Below are positions 19,742-30,018 of a stretch of 64,000 nt of DNA, in pieces (within the stretch, counting starts at the first letter, position 1; every line of letters begins with the position of its first letter). Location: NCBI GenBank assembly GCA_016869235.1, contig VGER01000004.1, positions 5,454-69,453 on the forward strand, given 5' to 3'. The position numbers and the translations under genes were made by a program. This DNA is from Alphaproteobacteria bacterium (GTDB lineage Bacteria > Pseudomonadota > Alphaproteobacteria > UBA2966 > CAIVPW01). The notes beneath the pieces were generated by a model. That model was not told where the DNA came from. It saw only the letters and a list, made by a program, of their open reading frames with translations, and made no database searches.

Positions 19742-20458
19742 ATGATGTGGTTATTCCTCGGCGGCCTGGCGCTGGTGCTGATGCTGATCACTGCCGATCG
19801 CCTCGCCAACGCCAATCCGCGCATCCTCGCTCAGGGTGTCCGCTGGGGTTCGGTCGCCGCGCTCGCCGCGGCTTCGCTGTTCCTGCTGCGCACCGGTCGG
19901 TGGGCATTCTTCCTCCTTCCGGCCATCCAGCGACTCATGCGCTCGCTCGCAGGTGGAGGCGGCGGTGGCAGCCGCTTCGCTGGACCTTGGTCAAGTGCTC
20001 GCCCAGGGACCAAAGAGTCGGTAGTGGAGACACCGAGTGTGCGCTTGCGTCTCGACCATGGCTCCGGCTCACTCGACGGCGAGGTGCTTGCCGGGCGGAA
20101 TCGTGGCCGTCGCCTCGGCGAACTCGCCGTGGCCGAGGTTGTCGCGCTACTCGATGAGTTCCGCGCCACGGATGCCGAGGCGATCCGCCTACTCGAGGCG
20201 TACCTCGACCGCCGCGACGCCGAGTGGCGGGGGCTTGCGCGCGAGTCTGCCTCCGGGCGTAGGGAGGATCACGGGCCCGGCGGCGTCATGTCGCGGGAGG
20301 AGGCATATGCGGTGCTTGGGCTCACGCCCGGCGCGGGCGCGGACGAAGTTCGTGAGGCGCACCACCGGCTGATGAAGCGCCTCCATCCCGACCAGGGCGG
20401 CACCACATTCCTGGCAAGCAAGGTCAACCAGGCAAAAGACCTACTGCTGCGCGGATAA
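19742..20458 (+). CDS. Membrane-anchored DnaJ-domain protein
   Basis: N-terminal TM segments; C-terminal J domain EAYAVLGL...HPDQGG...VNQAKD. Confidence 0.85.
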   Translation: MMWLFLGGLALVLMLITADRLANANPRILAQGVRWGSVAALAAASLFLLRTGRWAFFLLPAIQRLMRSLAGGGGGGSRFAGPWSSARPGTKESVVETPSVRLRLDHGSGSLDGEVLAGRNRGRRLGELAVAEVVALLDEFRATDAEAIRLLEAYLDRRDAEWRGLARESASGRREDHGPGGVMSREEAYAVLGLTPGAGADEVREAHHRLMKRLHPDQGGTTFLASKVNQAKDLLLRG

Positions 20459-20527
20459 GCACCGCAGGGACTTGGGGAAACGGCCGCCTTGCCTGGCTGC
20501 CGCCGGGCGTGGCATGAGTGGGCCGTC

Positions 20528-21433
20528 GTGGTCCCCTCTCCCAAGACCGTGCGTAAGGCCGTGTTTCCCGTCGGCGGCCTCGGCACTCGCTTCCTCCCGG
20601 CGACCAAGGCGCAGCCCAAGGAAATGCTGCCTGTGGTCGACAAGCCGCTCGTCCACTACGCGGTCGAGGAGGCGCGCGCGGCCGGCATCGAGCAGTTCAT
20701 CTTCGTCACCGGGCGCGGCAAGGCCGCGATTGCCGACCACTTCGACGTCTCCTATGAGCTCAAGCACCAGCTTTCGACGCGTAGCAAGGAAGCGGAGGTC
20801 ATCGAGGACTGGCTGCCCGACCCCGGCCAGGTGTGCTTCACCCGCCAGCAGGAGCCCCTTGGGCTCGGCCATGCCGTGTGGTGCGCGCGCCACCTCGTCG
20901 GCGATGAGCCGTTCGCGGTGCTGCTCGCGGACGACCTCATGCTCGGCGAGCCGCCGTGCATGCGGCAGATGGTGGACGCGTACAGCCGCGTCGGTGGCAA
21001 CCTGGTGTGCGTCGAGAACGTGGCCCCGGCGTTCACGTCGCGCTACGGCATCCTCGACGTCGCCGGCGAGGACGGCCGATTGGTCCGCGCGCGCGGCATC
21101 GTCGAGAAGCCGAAGCCCAGCCGCGCGCCATCTACGCTCGGCGTGGTCGGCCGCTACATCCTGCATCCGGGCATCTTCAATGTGCTCGAGAACGTCGAGC
21201 GCGGAACCGGCGGCGAAATCCAGCTCACCGACGGGCTGTTGGCGATGACCGGCACCGTGCCGTTCCACGGCCTGCGCTGCGACGCGCGCCGCTTCGACTG
21301 CGGCGACAAGGCCGGTTTCGTCGTTGCCAATGTCGCCGTCGCCCTCGAGCGCGAAGACATTCGCGATTATGTGCGCGAGCAGCTCGAGGCGCTCATCGGC
21401 GCTCCCCGTTCCACCCGCAAGGCCGCCGGCTAG
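20528..21433 (+). CDS. galU: UTP--glucose-1-phosphate uridylyltransferase
   Basis: KAVFPVGGLGTRFLPATKAQPKEML, VEKP, GEIQLTD; GTG start assumed. Confidence 0.95.
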   Translation: MVPSPKTVRKAVFPVGGLGTRFLPATKAQPKEMLPVVDKPLVHYAVEEARAAGIEQFIFVTGRGKAAIADHFDVSYELKHQLSTRSKEAEVIEDWLPDPGQVCFTRQQEPLGLGHAVWCARHLVGDEPFAVLLADDLMLGEPPCMRQMVDAYSRVGGNLVCVENVAPAFTSRYGILDVAGEDGRLVRARGIVEKPKPSRAPSTLGVVGRYILHPGIFNVLENVERGTGGEIQLTDGLLAMTGTVPFHGLRCDARRFDCGDKAGFVVANVAVALEREDIRDYVREQLEALIGAPRSTRKAAG

Positions 21434-21459
21434 GCGCGCTAAGGCAGAAGAGACACCCC

Positions 21460-22821
21460 ATGCGTATCGCGATGATCGGCACCGGCTATGTCGGCCTGGT
21501 TGCCGGGGCCTGCTTCTCGGAGTTCGGCCACCATGTCACCTGCGTGGACAAGGACGAGCGCAAGATCGCCGCGCTGCACGCCGGCAAGATGCCGATCTAC
21601 GAGCCTGGCCTCGATGACCTCGTCGGCAACAACGTGCGCGGCGGGCGGCTGGATTTCACCACCGACCTCGCCGGCCCGGTGAAGGATGCCGATGCGGTGT
21701 TCATCGCCGTGGGCACGCCCACCGCACGCCACGGCGAGGGCCACGCCGACCTCACCTACGTGTTCGCTGCCGCCGAGGAGGTCGCCGCGTCTCTGTCCGG
21801 CTACACCGTGGTGGTGACCAAGTCCACCGTGCCGGTAGGCACCGGCCGCAAAGTGCACAAGATCATCTCGGAGAAGGCGCCGGGCGCAGACTTCGACGTC
21901 GCTTCCAACCCGGAGTTCCTGCGCGAGGGTGCCGCCATCAACGACTTCATGCGGCCCGACCGCGTCGTCGTCGGCGCCGAGAGCGACCGCTGCCGCGCCG
22001 TGCTGCGCGATCTGTACCGGCCGCTGTTCCTCAACGAGACGCCGATCCTGATGACGTCGCTGGAAACGGCCGAGCTGACCAAGTACGCCGCTAACGCGTT
22101 CCTCGCCACCAAGATCACCTTCATCAACGAGATTGCCGACCTGTGCGAGGCCACCGGCGCCGACGTGCAGGAGGTCGCGCGCGGCATCGGTCTAGACGGC
22201 CGCATCGGCAAGAAGTTCCTGCACGCGGGTCCGGGCTATGGCGGCAGCTGCTTTCCCAAGGACACGCTGGCGCTGGTGCATCAGGGCAGGGAGCACGACA
22301 CGCCACTGCGCATCGTCGAGACCGTCGTTGCGGTCAACGACGACCGCAAGGTTCGCATGGCCGAGCGCATCGTCCATGCCTGCGGCGGCAGCGTGCAGGG
22401 CAAGACCATCGCGGTGCTCGGACTCACCTTCAAGCCCAATACCGACGACATGCGCGAGGCGCCGAGCCTTGTCATCGTCCCGGCGCTGCAAAAGGTGGGC
22501 GCGCGGATTCGCGCCTTCGATCCGGAAGGCATGAGCGAGGCCAAGAAGCATGCCGAGCTCGACGGGGTTGCGTTCTGCAACAACGCCTACGAGACAATGG
22601 AAGGCGCCGACGCGCTGGTGATCCTCACCGAGTGGAACGAGTTCCGCAGCCTCGACCTTGAGCGCGCGCGCAGCCTTCTGCGCGATCCGGTGATGGTGGA
22701 CCTGCGCAACATTTACCGCCCCGAAGAGGTGGTCGCGGCCGGCTTCTCATACACGTCGGTCGGCCGTCGCGCCGTCGCGCCGCCCAAGCGGCCCCGCAGC
22801 GTCTCGCTCGGGGGGCGCTGA
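21460..22821 (+). CDS. ugd: UDP-glucose 6-dehydrogenase
   Basis: GTGYVG, KSTVP, NPEFLREG, GYGGSCFPKD, FKPNTDDMR. Confidence 0.95.
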   Translation: MRIAMIGTGYVGLVAGACFSEFGHHVTCVDKDERKIAALHAGKMPIYEPGLDDLVGNNVRGGRLDFTTDLAGPVKDADAVFIAVGTPTARHGEGHADLTYVFAAAEEVAASLSGYTVVVTKSTVPVGTGRKVHKIISEKAPGADFDVASNPEFLREGAAINDFMRPDRVVVGAESDRCRAVLRDLYRPLFLNETPILMTSLETAELTKYAANAFLATKITFINEIADLCEATGADVQEVARGIGLDGRIGKKFLHAGPGYGGSCFPKDTLALVHQGREHDTPLRIVETVVAVNDDRKVRMAERIVHACGGSVQGKTIAVLGLTFKPNTDDMREAPSLVIVPALQKVGARIRAFDPEGMSEAKKHAELDGVAFCNNAYETMEGADALVILTEWNEFRSLDLERARSLLRDPVMVDLRNIYRPEEVVAAGFSYTSVGRRAVAPPKRPRSVSLGGR

Positions 22822-22836
22822 GCGGAAACGGCAGCG

Positions 22837-23445
22837 ATGTCATCGGACGAGTGGGGTCAAGGCCCCTGGAGCGGTGGCAACGGCATCAGCGTCGCGAGCG
22901 AATCGCGCGTCGTCCTGCGTGAGTACGCCGGCATCCCGATCGCCTTCCAGGTACGCACCGTGCTCGATGTGGAGCGCGCGGACGACGGCTTCACACTGAC
23001 GGAGCGCGTGTTCGCTCCCACAATCATCAAGAACTACGACATCGTTTGGGGAGAGGGTCCCGACTCCTGGGAGTCATCCTTTGACCTCGAGCGCTGGGGC
23101 TTTCTGGTGGCGCGGGTGGGGTAGAAGGCGGTCGGTGCCGCGGCAATGGTATTCGACACGCCTGGCATAGACCTGCTCGAGGGACGCCGCGACCTCGCCG
23201 TCATCTGGGACATCCGCGTCGCACCGGGGTGGCGACGCTGTGGCGTCGGCAGCGACTTGTTCGCCGCCGCGGAACGCTGGGCCCGGGCGCGCGACTGCAC
23301 CGAGGTCAAGGTCGAAACGCAGAACATCAACGTCGCCGCCTGCCGCTTCTACGAGAAGCAGGGGTGCGAGCTGCGCGCCGCCAACCGCGGCGTCTATCCG
23401 ACGCTGCGCGATGAGGTCCAGCTCCTCTGGTACAAGGAGCTGTAG
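22837..23445 (+). pseudogene. GNAT acetyltransferase interrupted by in-frame TAG (23122-23124)
   Basis: ORFs 22837..23124 and 23146..23445 share a frame; WDIRV.P.WRR.GVG and ETQNINVAACRFY lie downstream of the stop. Confidence 0.8.
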
Positions 23446-23557
23446 TCGGTCAGCCGAAACTCCGCTCGAGAACGCGCGCAGTGGGAAATCTCACATTGCG
23501 CCGCCGTGCCCGCCTTGAAATCTTGGCGCGGGGATTGGCGTTCTCCCCGGGGGAACC

Positions 23558-24637
23558 ATGCGCACACGCCGTCTGGTCCGCGGAATCCTTTTCAGCCTTG
23601 CACTCGCGCTGCCGTCAGCCGCGGCGGCACAGACTGCTGCCGACGTTTGCAGGGCGCTGCCGCCGCCCACCACCACGACGTCGGCCGATCTCACCGTCGA
23701 CGAGAATCGCCCGTGGCAGCCCGAGGGCGGCGAGTTCCGCGTCACCCTGCGCACCGCCGAACCCATGCCGGCAAATGCGCCGCTGCAAGCCTGCTTCCGC
23801 TGGCGCATCGATGGCGCGGCGTTTCAACCCGGGCCCTCGCCGCGCATCGTCGAGCGGCTGGCCGATGGCCGCGGCCTGGTGATCGCAGCGCGGGTGCCGG
23901 AGCTTCCCGCTACTGCCGATGCCCGCGTCAAAGGGCCTGCCAGGTTGGCCGAGATTCGCATCATTCTCGGCGAAGGCACGGCGGCCGACGTCACCGCCCT
24001 GGTCGGCATTACCTGGAATTGGCCCGCTTACGTCGCGGCGTTGGCCACCGTCCTGCTGATCCTGCTGATTGCGTACGCGATCAAGTGGGATCGAGGGTGG
24101 CGCGGGTCGGGCCTTCTCCTGCTCATCGGCACCGGAAAGGGCACCGCGAGCCTGTCGCAGTTCCAGATCGTGCTTTGGACAGCGGTCGTCGGTGCCTCGG
24201 TCGTCTACGTCAACATGTTATCTGGGACCTTGATCCCCATCACCAACGGCACGCTCGGCCTGTTGGGCATCTCGGCACTGGCGACCCTCGGGTCGCAGCT
24301 TCACGCCAAGGAAGAGCAAGCCAAAGTGACGGCCGTCGCAGCCGCCGCGGGTCCGCCGGTACCGGCCGCCGCAGCGCCGGCCCCCGCGACCCTCGTTGGG
24401 CCGCCGCGCGTTCCGAAGCTCTCTGACCTCGTGATGTCGCTCGAGGACGGCATCGAGGTGATCGACGTGACGCGCGTACAGATGCTGTTCTTCGCCGTCA
24501 TCATCGCGCTGTTCGTCGCAATCAAGGTCTTCGCGGGCTATGTGATTCCCGACATCCCGGCGGAGTACCTCGGGTTGATGGGGATCAGCAACGGGGTCTT
24601 CGTGGCCGCCAAGTGGACGCGGCCACCAAATCCGTAG
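23558..24637 (+). CDS. Hypothetical membrane protein with exported N-terminal domain
   Basis: Signal peptide, beta-rich domain, then about five hydrophobic segments. Confidence 0.7.
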   Translation: MRTRRLVRGILFSLALALPSAAAAQTAADVCRALPPPTTTTSADLTVDENRPWQPEGGEFRVTLRTAEPMPANAPLQACFRWRIDGAAFQPGPSPRIVERLADGRGLVIAARVPELPATADARVKGPARLAEIRIILGEGTAADVTALVGITWNWPAYVAALATVLLILLIAYAIKWDRGWRGSGLLLLIGTGKGTASLSQFQIVLWTAVVGASVVYVNMLSGTLIPITNGTLGLLGISALATLGSQLHAKEEQAKVTAVAAAAGPPVPAAAAPAPATLVGPPRVPKLSDLVMSLEDGIEVIDVTRVQMLFFAVIIALFVAIKVFAGYVIPDIPAEYLGLMGISNGVFVAAKWTRPPNP

Positions 24638-24655
24638 GCAGCTGCCGCTGGCCAG

Positions 24656-26026
24656 CTACTTGCCGGCCGGTGCTTCCCTGGCGCGCAGCATGCGCGCGAT
24701 GCCGTCGAGCGTGTCGGCGAAATTGAGCGGCTGGGTGCCGGCCTGCGCGGCCGCAACGGTTGTCGGCTCGGCGGGCGGCGCCGGCTTGGGCGCCACCAGG
24801 GCGAGGTCGTTGGCCTGGCCGGCCGGTGAGATGACGACGCAGCCCATGCCGCGTGCTTCCAGCATTTTGCAGGCGTTCTGCGCCTCCGTGAGCGTCAGCT
24901 GGCCGATGCGCACGCGGTGATTCTCACCCTTGGCGTCGGGCAGCACCATCGTGGCCGGGTTCTTCAGGCTGGCGAGCACGACAGCGGACACTTGCTGCAG
25001 GCGGCGGGCGGCGTCCTCGTAGGCCCTGTAGGCGCCCGCCTGGATGGCCCAGCCGACCTCGTCGGTCGTGGTGGCCTTGGCGCCGGCCGGCTTGGCAACC
25101 GTGGGTGCGGCGGGCTTGGCCGGCGCGGGTGCGGGCTGCGTCGCGGTCGCCGGCCGGTTCATGGCGAGCGTGGTGGCCGGTGCCTGCTTCGGCTGCTTGG
25201 TGTAGTCGAGCGTCGCCAGGCGGTTGAACGCCATGTCGAATAGCTGGGTCATCTGGCCGTCGCGCGCCGCCGCGGTCTTGCCTCCCATCACCACGCCGAT
25301 GAGGCGCGTGTTGCCGCGCACCACCGACGCCGCAAGGTTGTAGCCGGACGCGTCGATGTAGCCGGTCTTCAGGCCGTCCACACCGGCGTAGCGGCCCAGC
25401 AGTCCATTATGGTTGGTGTGCGTCGTGCCCTTGTACGTGAAGCTCGGCGTCGAGAAGTACGGATACTGCTTGGGGAAGTCGCGGATCAGCGCCATGCCAA
25501 GGCGCGCCACGTCGCGCGCCGTCGTGTACTGCTGGCTGTGGAACAGCCCGGACGAGTTGCGGAAGCTGGTGTGATTCATGCCCAAGGTCTTGGCCTTGGC
25601 GGTCATCTTCTTGGCGAACTCCTCCTCGCTGCCGCCAAGCGCTTCCGACAGCACCATCGCCGCGTCGTTCGCCGACTTGGTCACCAGGCCGCGGATGGCG
25701 TCCTCGACCGAGATCGACTGCCCCGCCTGCAGATAGAGCTTCGATGCCGGTTGGATCGAGGCGCGGCGCGAGATGGGCAGCTGCTGGCTCAGCTTGAGCT
25801 TGCCCTGCTCGATCGCCTCGAACGTCAGGTACAGGGTCATCAGCTTCGCCAGCGAGGCAGGCGAGGTGCTGACGTCTGGATTGGAGGAATAGAGGACGTT
25901 GCCGGTGGCGGCGTCCAACACAATCGCTGCCTCGGCGGCGGCGCGGGCCGGTGCGGACTGGAGGGCTAGAAGCGTTACTAGAGCGATGGCCGCGCTACGC
26001 AGCGGCCGCAAACGTGGCGTCAGCAC
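24656..26026 (-). CDS. D-alanyl-D-alanine carboxypeptidase (S11) with C-terminal SPOR-like domain
   Basis: SxxK (ASLAK), SxN (KSAND), KTG; Pro/Ala linker; WAIQAGAY...AQNACKML. Confidence 0.9.
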   Translation of the reverse strand: MLTPRLRPLRSAAIALVTLLALQSAPARAAAEAAIVLDAATGNVLYSSNPDVSTSPASLAKLMTLYLTFEAIEQGKLKLSQQLPISRRASIQPASKLYLQAGQSISVEDAIRGLVTKSANDAAMVLSEALGGSEEEFAKKMTAKAKTLGMNHTSFRNSSGLFHSQQYTTARDVARLGMALIRDFPKQYPYFSTPSFTYKGTTHTNHNGLLGRYAGVDGLKTGYIDASGYNLAASVVRGNTRLIGVVMGGKTAAARDGQMTQLFDMAFNRLATLDYTKQPKQAPATTLAMNRPATATQPAPAPAKPAAPTVAKPAGAKATTTDEVGWAIQAGAYRAYEDAARRLQQVSAVVLASLKNPATMVLPDAKGENHRVRIGQLTLTEAQNACKMLEARGMGCVVISPAGQANDLALVAPKPAPPAEPTTVAAAQAGTQPLNFADTLDGIARMLRAREAPAGK

Positions 26027-26465
26027 TCTTCCGTCATCCCCCTGGCACGCCCCAGCCTCGAGCGCGCCAGTCTTCAAGCAGCCCGGCGCTGGCGGAATCT
26101 TAGCGGCACTGACTCCGCCGGGGCAAGAAAATCGGCCCCGGTCGCGTCAGCCTCCGCCCGGCAACCGCCCCCTGAGGTCCCGCCGCGCCGGCAACGATTC
26201 TCGCTCCCAGTGCCTAATGGCGCGTAAACCCGGGCAGCGCCGTGGCGGCGCCGGAGGGTCCGGAAAGTGGCCAACTTGTCGGCCGCCGCCGGGGGAGGGT
26301 AGTCTCGGAAAGCGGCCAACACCCTGGCTCTCCCCCCGCATTTAGATAGGGTTCACAGGGGCTTAAGGGGAGCCGTGCTAGCTCTTAATGGCGGTCCTGG
26401 CCGTCCGGACGGGGCAACTGGACCCCACCGTCGGACACTCTAGATTCGAGGCCTATTGGTTCAGC

Positions 26466-26795
26466 ATGGCGCGTAGACCGGACAGGCCCGATGGCAACAC
26501 CCCCAGCGTGGGACTCGCCACTCGGACTCGCCCCAAGACCAAGAAGCCGGACATGTACAAAGTCCTGCTCCTGAACGACGATTACACCCCGATGGAGTTC
26601 GTCGTGCAGGTGATCCAGGATATTTTCCATCGGGACCGCGAGACGGCAACGCGAATCATGCTCCACGTCCACCAGAAGGGGGTGGGCGTGTGTGGCGTGT
26701 ACAATTACGAAGTTGCCGAGACAAAGGTAGCGCGTGTCGTGGAGATCGCGCGGCAGCATCAGCACCCCCTTCAGTGCACCATGGAGAGAGAGTAG
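26466..26795 (+). CDS. clpS: Clp protease adaptor ClpS
   Basis: [33 protein letters not shown]. Confidence 0.96.
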   Translation: MARRPDRPDGNTPSVGLATRTRPKTKKPDMYKVLLLNDDYTPMEFVVQVIQDIFHRDRETATRIMLHVHQKGVGVCGVYNYEVAETKVARVVEIARQHQHPLQCTMERE

Positions 26796-29122
26796 TGTCC
26801 GGTTTCTCGAGCCATCTGGAACGCAGCCTGCATCGCGCGCTCACTCTCGCGAATGAGCGCCACCACGAGTACGCGACGCTCGAGCATCTCCTGCTCGCGC
26901 TTACCGAGGACCAGGACGCGCTCGCGGTCCTGAACGCCTGCAATGTCGAGGTCGACGCGCTGCGCAAGGAGCTCACCGGGTATCTCGACGAGCAGGTGCC
27001 GAACCTCGTCGTGGACAGCGTTGAGGAGGCGCGTCCCACCGCCGGCTTCTACCGCGTCACCCAGCGCGCGCTCATCCATGTGCAGAGCTCCGGCCGCGAG
27101 GAAGCGACCGGCGCCAACGTGCTCGTCGCCATCTTCTCGGAGCGCGAGTCGCACGCTGTATACTTCCTGCAGCAGCAGGACATGACGCGTCTCGACGCGG
27201 TTAGCTACATCTCGCACGGCATCGCCAAGGCGCCGGGCACCTCCGAGGAGCGCCGCGTGCGCGGCAACGACGACGACCAGGAGGAGGGCTCCGGCCGCAA
27301 AGGCCCCGAGGCGCTCTCGGCCTACTGCGTCGACCTCAACCGCAAAGCCGCCGCCGGCAAGATCGACCCGCTCATCGGCCGCGACACCGAGGTCGACCGC
27401 ACCATCCAGGTGCTGTGCCGCCGCGCCAAGAACAATCCGCTGTTCGTCGGCGACGCCGGAGTTGGCAAAACCGCCATCGCCGAGGGCCTGGCGCTGCGCA
27501 TCGTCGAGGGCAACGTCCCTGAGGTGCTGAAGGACGCGCGCATCTACTCGCTCGACATGGGCTCGCTGCTCGCCGGCACCCGCTACCGCGGCGACTTCGA
27601 GGAGCGTGTCAAGGCCGTGCTCACCGAGCTCGAGAACGACGACGACGCCATCCTGTTCATCGACGAGATCCACACCATCATTGGCGCCGGCGCGACGTCC
27701 GGTGGAGCGATGGACGCGTCGAACTTGCTTAAGCCGGCGCTCGCCCAGGGCACGCTGCGCTGCATCGGCTCGACGACCTACAAGGAATACCGGACGATCT
27801 TCGAGAAGGATCGCGCGCTGGCGCGCCGCTTCCAGAAGATCGACATCGCCGAGCCCTCGGTCGAGGACGCGGTCAAGATCCTGCGCGGCCTCAAGCCGTA
27901 CTTCGAGGATTACCACAAGGTGCGCTACACCTCGGAAGCCATCCGCACGGCGGTCGAGCTGGCGGCGCGCTACATCAACGACCGCAAGCTGCCCGACAAG
28001 GCCATCGACGTCATCGACGAGGTCGGTGCGGCCGAGATGCTCAAGCCGGAGAACAAGCGTCGCAAGGTGATCGGCGTGCGCGAGGTGGAAGCCATGGTCG
28101 CCAAGATGGCGCGCATTCCACCGAAGGCCGTCAGCCGCGACGACAAGCAGGTGCTGCGCAACCTGGAGCGCGACCTCAAGGCCGTCGTGTTCGGGCAGGA
28201 CAAGGCCATCGAGGCGCTCGCCTCGTCGATCAAGCTTGCCCGCGCCGGCCTGCGCGAGCCGGAGAAGCCGATCGGCAACTACCTTTTCTCGGGCCCGACC
28301 GGCGTCGGCAAGACCGAGGTCGCGCGCCAGCTCGCCTCGACCCTGGGCGTCGAGCTGATCCGTTTCGACATGTCCGAGTACATGGAGCGCCACTCCGTCT
28401 CGCGGCTCATCGGCGCGCCACCGGGCTACGTCGGCTTCGACCAAGGCGGCCTCATGACCGATCAGGTTGACCAGCACCCGCATGCTGTGCTCCTGCTCGA
28501 CGAGATTGAGAAAGCGCACCAGGACGTGTTCAACCTGCTGCTGCAGGTGATGGACCACGGCAAGCTCACCGACAACAACGGCAAGTCGGTCGACTTCCGC
28601 AACATCATCCTGATCATGACCACCAACGCCGGCGCCTCCGAGCTGCATAAGCAGGGCATCGGCTTCGGCCGCGGTATGAGGTCGGACGAGGACCAGGAGG
28701 CGATCAACCGCCTGTTCACGCCCGAGTTCCGCAACCGTCTAGACTCGATCATCGCCTTCTCGCCGCTCGAGCCCGAGATCGTGGCGCGCGTTGTCGACAA
28801 GTTCGTTCTGCAGCTCGAGGCGCAGCTGCAGGATCGCAACGTGTCGATCCAGATGTCCGACGAGGCGCGCGCGTGGATCGCGAACAAGGGCTTCGACAAA
28901 CTGTTCGGCGCCCGGCCGATGTCGCGCTTCATCCAGGAGCAGGTCAAGAAGCCGCTCGCCGAGGAGCTCTTGTTCGGCAAGCTGGAAAAGGGCGGCCACG
29001 TCGTCATCACGCTCAAGGACGACAAGCTCGCCTTCGAGCTCACCGCCGACATGTCGCCTAAGCAGGCCGATCCGGAAGAGGACGACGCCGGCGAGGACAA
29101 GGTGCCGGTGCTGGTCCACTAG
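26795..29122 (+). CDS. clpA: Clp protease ATP-binding subunit ClpA
   Basis: Two AAA+ modules ([16 protein letters not shown]), [11 protein letters not shown]; coupled to clpS. Confidence 0.96.
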   Translation: MSGFSSHLERSLHRALTLANERHHEYATLEHLLLALTEDQDALAVLNACNVEVDALRKELTGYLDEQVPNLVVDSVEEARPTAGFYRVTQRALIHVQSSGREEATGANVLVAIFSERESHAVYFLQQQDMTRLDAVSYISHGIAKAPGTSEERRVRGNDDDQEEGSGRKGPEALSAYCVDLNRKAAAGKIDPLIGRDTEVDRTIQVLCRRAKNNPLFVGDAGVGKTAIAEGLALRIVEGNVPEVLKDARIYSLDMGSLLAGTRYRGDFEERVKAVLTELENDDDAILFIDEIHTIIGAGATSGGAMDASNLLKPALAQGTLRCIGSTTYKEYRTIFEKDRALARRFQKIDIAEPSVEDAVKILRGLKPYFEDYHKVRYTSEAIRTAVELAARYINDRKLPDKAIDVIDEVGAAEMLKPENKRRKVIGVREVEAMVAKMARIPPKAVSRDDKQVLRNLERDLKAVVFGQDKAIEALASSIKLARAGLREPEKPIGNYLFSGPTGVGKTEVARQLASTLGVELIRFDMSEYMERHSVSRLIGAPPGYVGFDQGGLMTDQVDQHPHAVLLLDEIEKAHQDVFNLLLQVMDHGKLTDNNGKSVDFRNIILIMTTNAGASELHKQGIGFGRGMRSDEDQEAINRLFTPEFRNRLDSIIAFSPLEPEIVARVVDKFVLQLEAQLQDRNVSIQMSDEARAWIANKGFDKLFGARPMSRFIQEQVKKPLAEELLFGKLEKGGHVVITLKDDKLAFELTADMSPKQADPEEDDAGEDKVPVLVH

Positions 29123-29130
29123 ACCGGCGA

Positions 29131-29177
29131 AAAGCGAACCAGCATAGGCCCGCCGGAACCGGCGGGCCTTTCGCTTT
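29131..29177. terminator. Hairpin between convergent genes (bidirectional terminator)
   Basis: AGGCCCGCCGG-AA-CCGGCGGGCCT with outer AAAGCGAA/TTCGCTTT arms. Confidence 0.7.
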
Positions 29178-29178
29178 C

Positions 29179-29547
29179 TCAGCGGGCGATCTTCGAGGCG
29201 ACGTTCATGCCGCCGGTCGTCGTGTAGGTGATGCTTACCGACTGTCCGACCGCCAGGCCGGTCATCGTGGTCGGCGGCAGGATTGCCACGGGAGTGCCGC
29301 CAATGGTGATGGTGCGGCCCTGGGTGGCGGTGATGATGCCCTTGGCGTTGCCCATGTTGATCGGCATGCCGACGCGGAAGGCGGCCATGTCGATCTGCGG
29401 CGGCAGGGTGATGTTGGTGCCGCCGACCACGACCACCCGCTGCATGGGGTCCATGGCGCTGATGACGCCTTTGACTTCGGCCGCCCAGGCCGCGGCTGCC
29501 GCCAGCGCGGCTGCGCCCGCCGCCATCCCCGCAATCCACGTCCGCAT
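29179..29547 (-). CDS. Small exported protein with two short beta-rich repeats
   Basis: Signal peptide ending AWA-A; KG.I.A....R.....GGT.....P occurs twice. Confidence 0.65.
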   Translation of the reverse strand: MRTWIAGMAAGAAALAAAAAWAAEVKGVISAMDPMQRVVVVGGTNITLPPQIDMAAFRVGMPINMGNAKGIITATQGRTITIGGTPVAILPPTTMTGLAVGQSVSITYTTTGGMNVASKIAR

Positions 29548-29584
29548 GCGATCATGGTGATCCAAGTTCGCGGAGGGATGCAAC

Positions 29585-29908
29585 ATGCAACGCGGCTCGC
29601 TGACGGCGGCGCTTCCCCAGCAGTTGAAGTCGGAGCTGGTCACGTCGCTCGCGCAGGCGGCGTCCATGCGCATCGAGCGCATCGTCTCGACCGGGCACAC
29701 GACGCCGGCCGGCACCTGGTACGACCAGGAGTGGAACGAGTGGGTGCTGCTGGTATCGGGCCGCGCGCGCCTGCGCTTCGCCGATGACACGGCGGAGGTC
29801 GCGCTTGCGCCGGGTGACTACGTCAACATTCCCAAGCGTCGGCGTCACCGCGTGGAGTGGACGGATCCTCAGGTCCCCACGGTATGGCTCGCGGTGCACT
29901 ACGCGTAG
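29585..29908 (+). CDS. Cupin-domain protein
   Basis: RIERIVSTGH, WYDQ...EWVLL..G.A.L, PGDY..IP...RHRVEWT. Confidence 0.88.
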   Translation: MQRGSLTAALPQQLKSELVTSLAQAASMRIERIVSTGHTTPAGTWYDQEWNEWVLLVSGRARLRFADDTAEVALAPGDYVNIPKRRRHRVEWTDPQVPTVWLAVHYA

Positions 29909-30018
29909 GCTCGCCTGGGCACGCTGTCCCGCCCGCGCTCGCCCTCGAGCCAGACGCGACCTCGAGCGCGCCTTGCTACCGGCAGTTGATGGAGCGGTAG
30001 TGTTGCAGAGGTGGTCGC

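Noticed and set aside
26078..26465. Hidden gene or RNA in the dac-clpS intergenic region
   Set aside because: The ORFs are low-complexity, and I found no convincing structure or motif; probably divergent promoters.
26771..28648. Long antisense or alternate-frame ORFs (also 7644-9215, 49523-51235, 53348-55501, 62085-63983)
   Set aside because: They are shadows of real genes, caused by high GC and codon bias; they carry no recognisable motifs.
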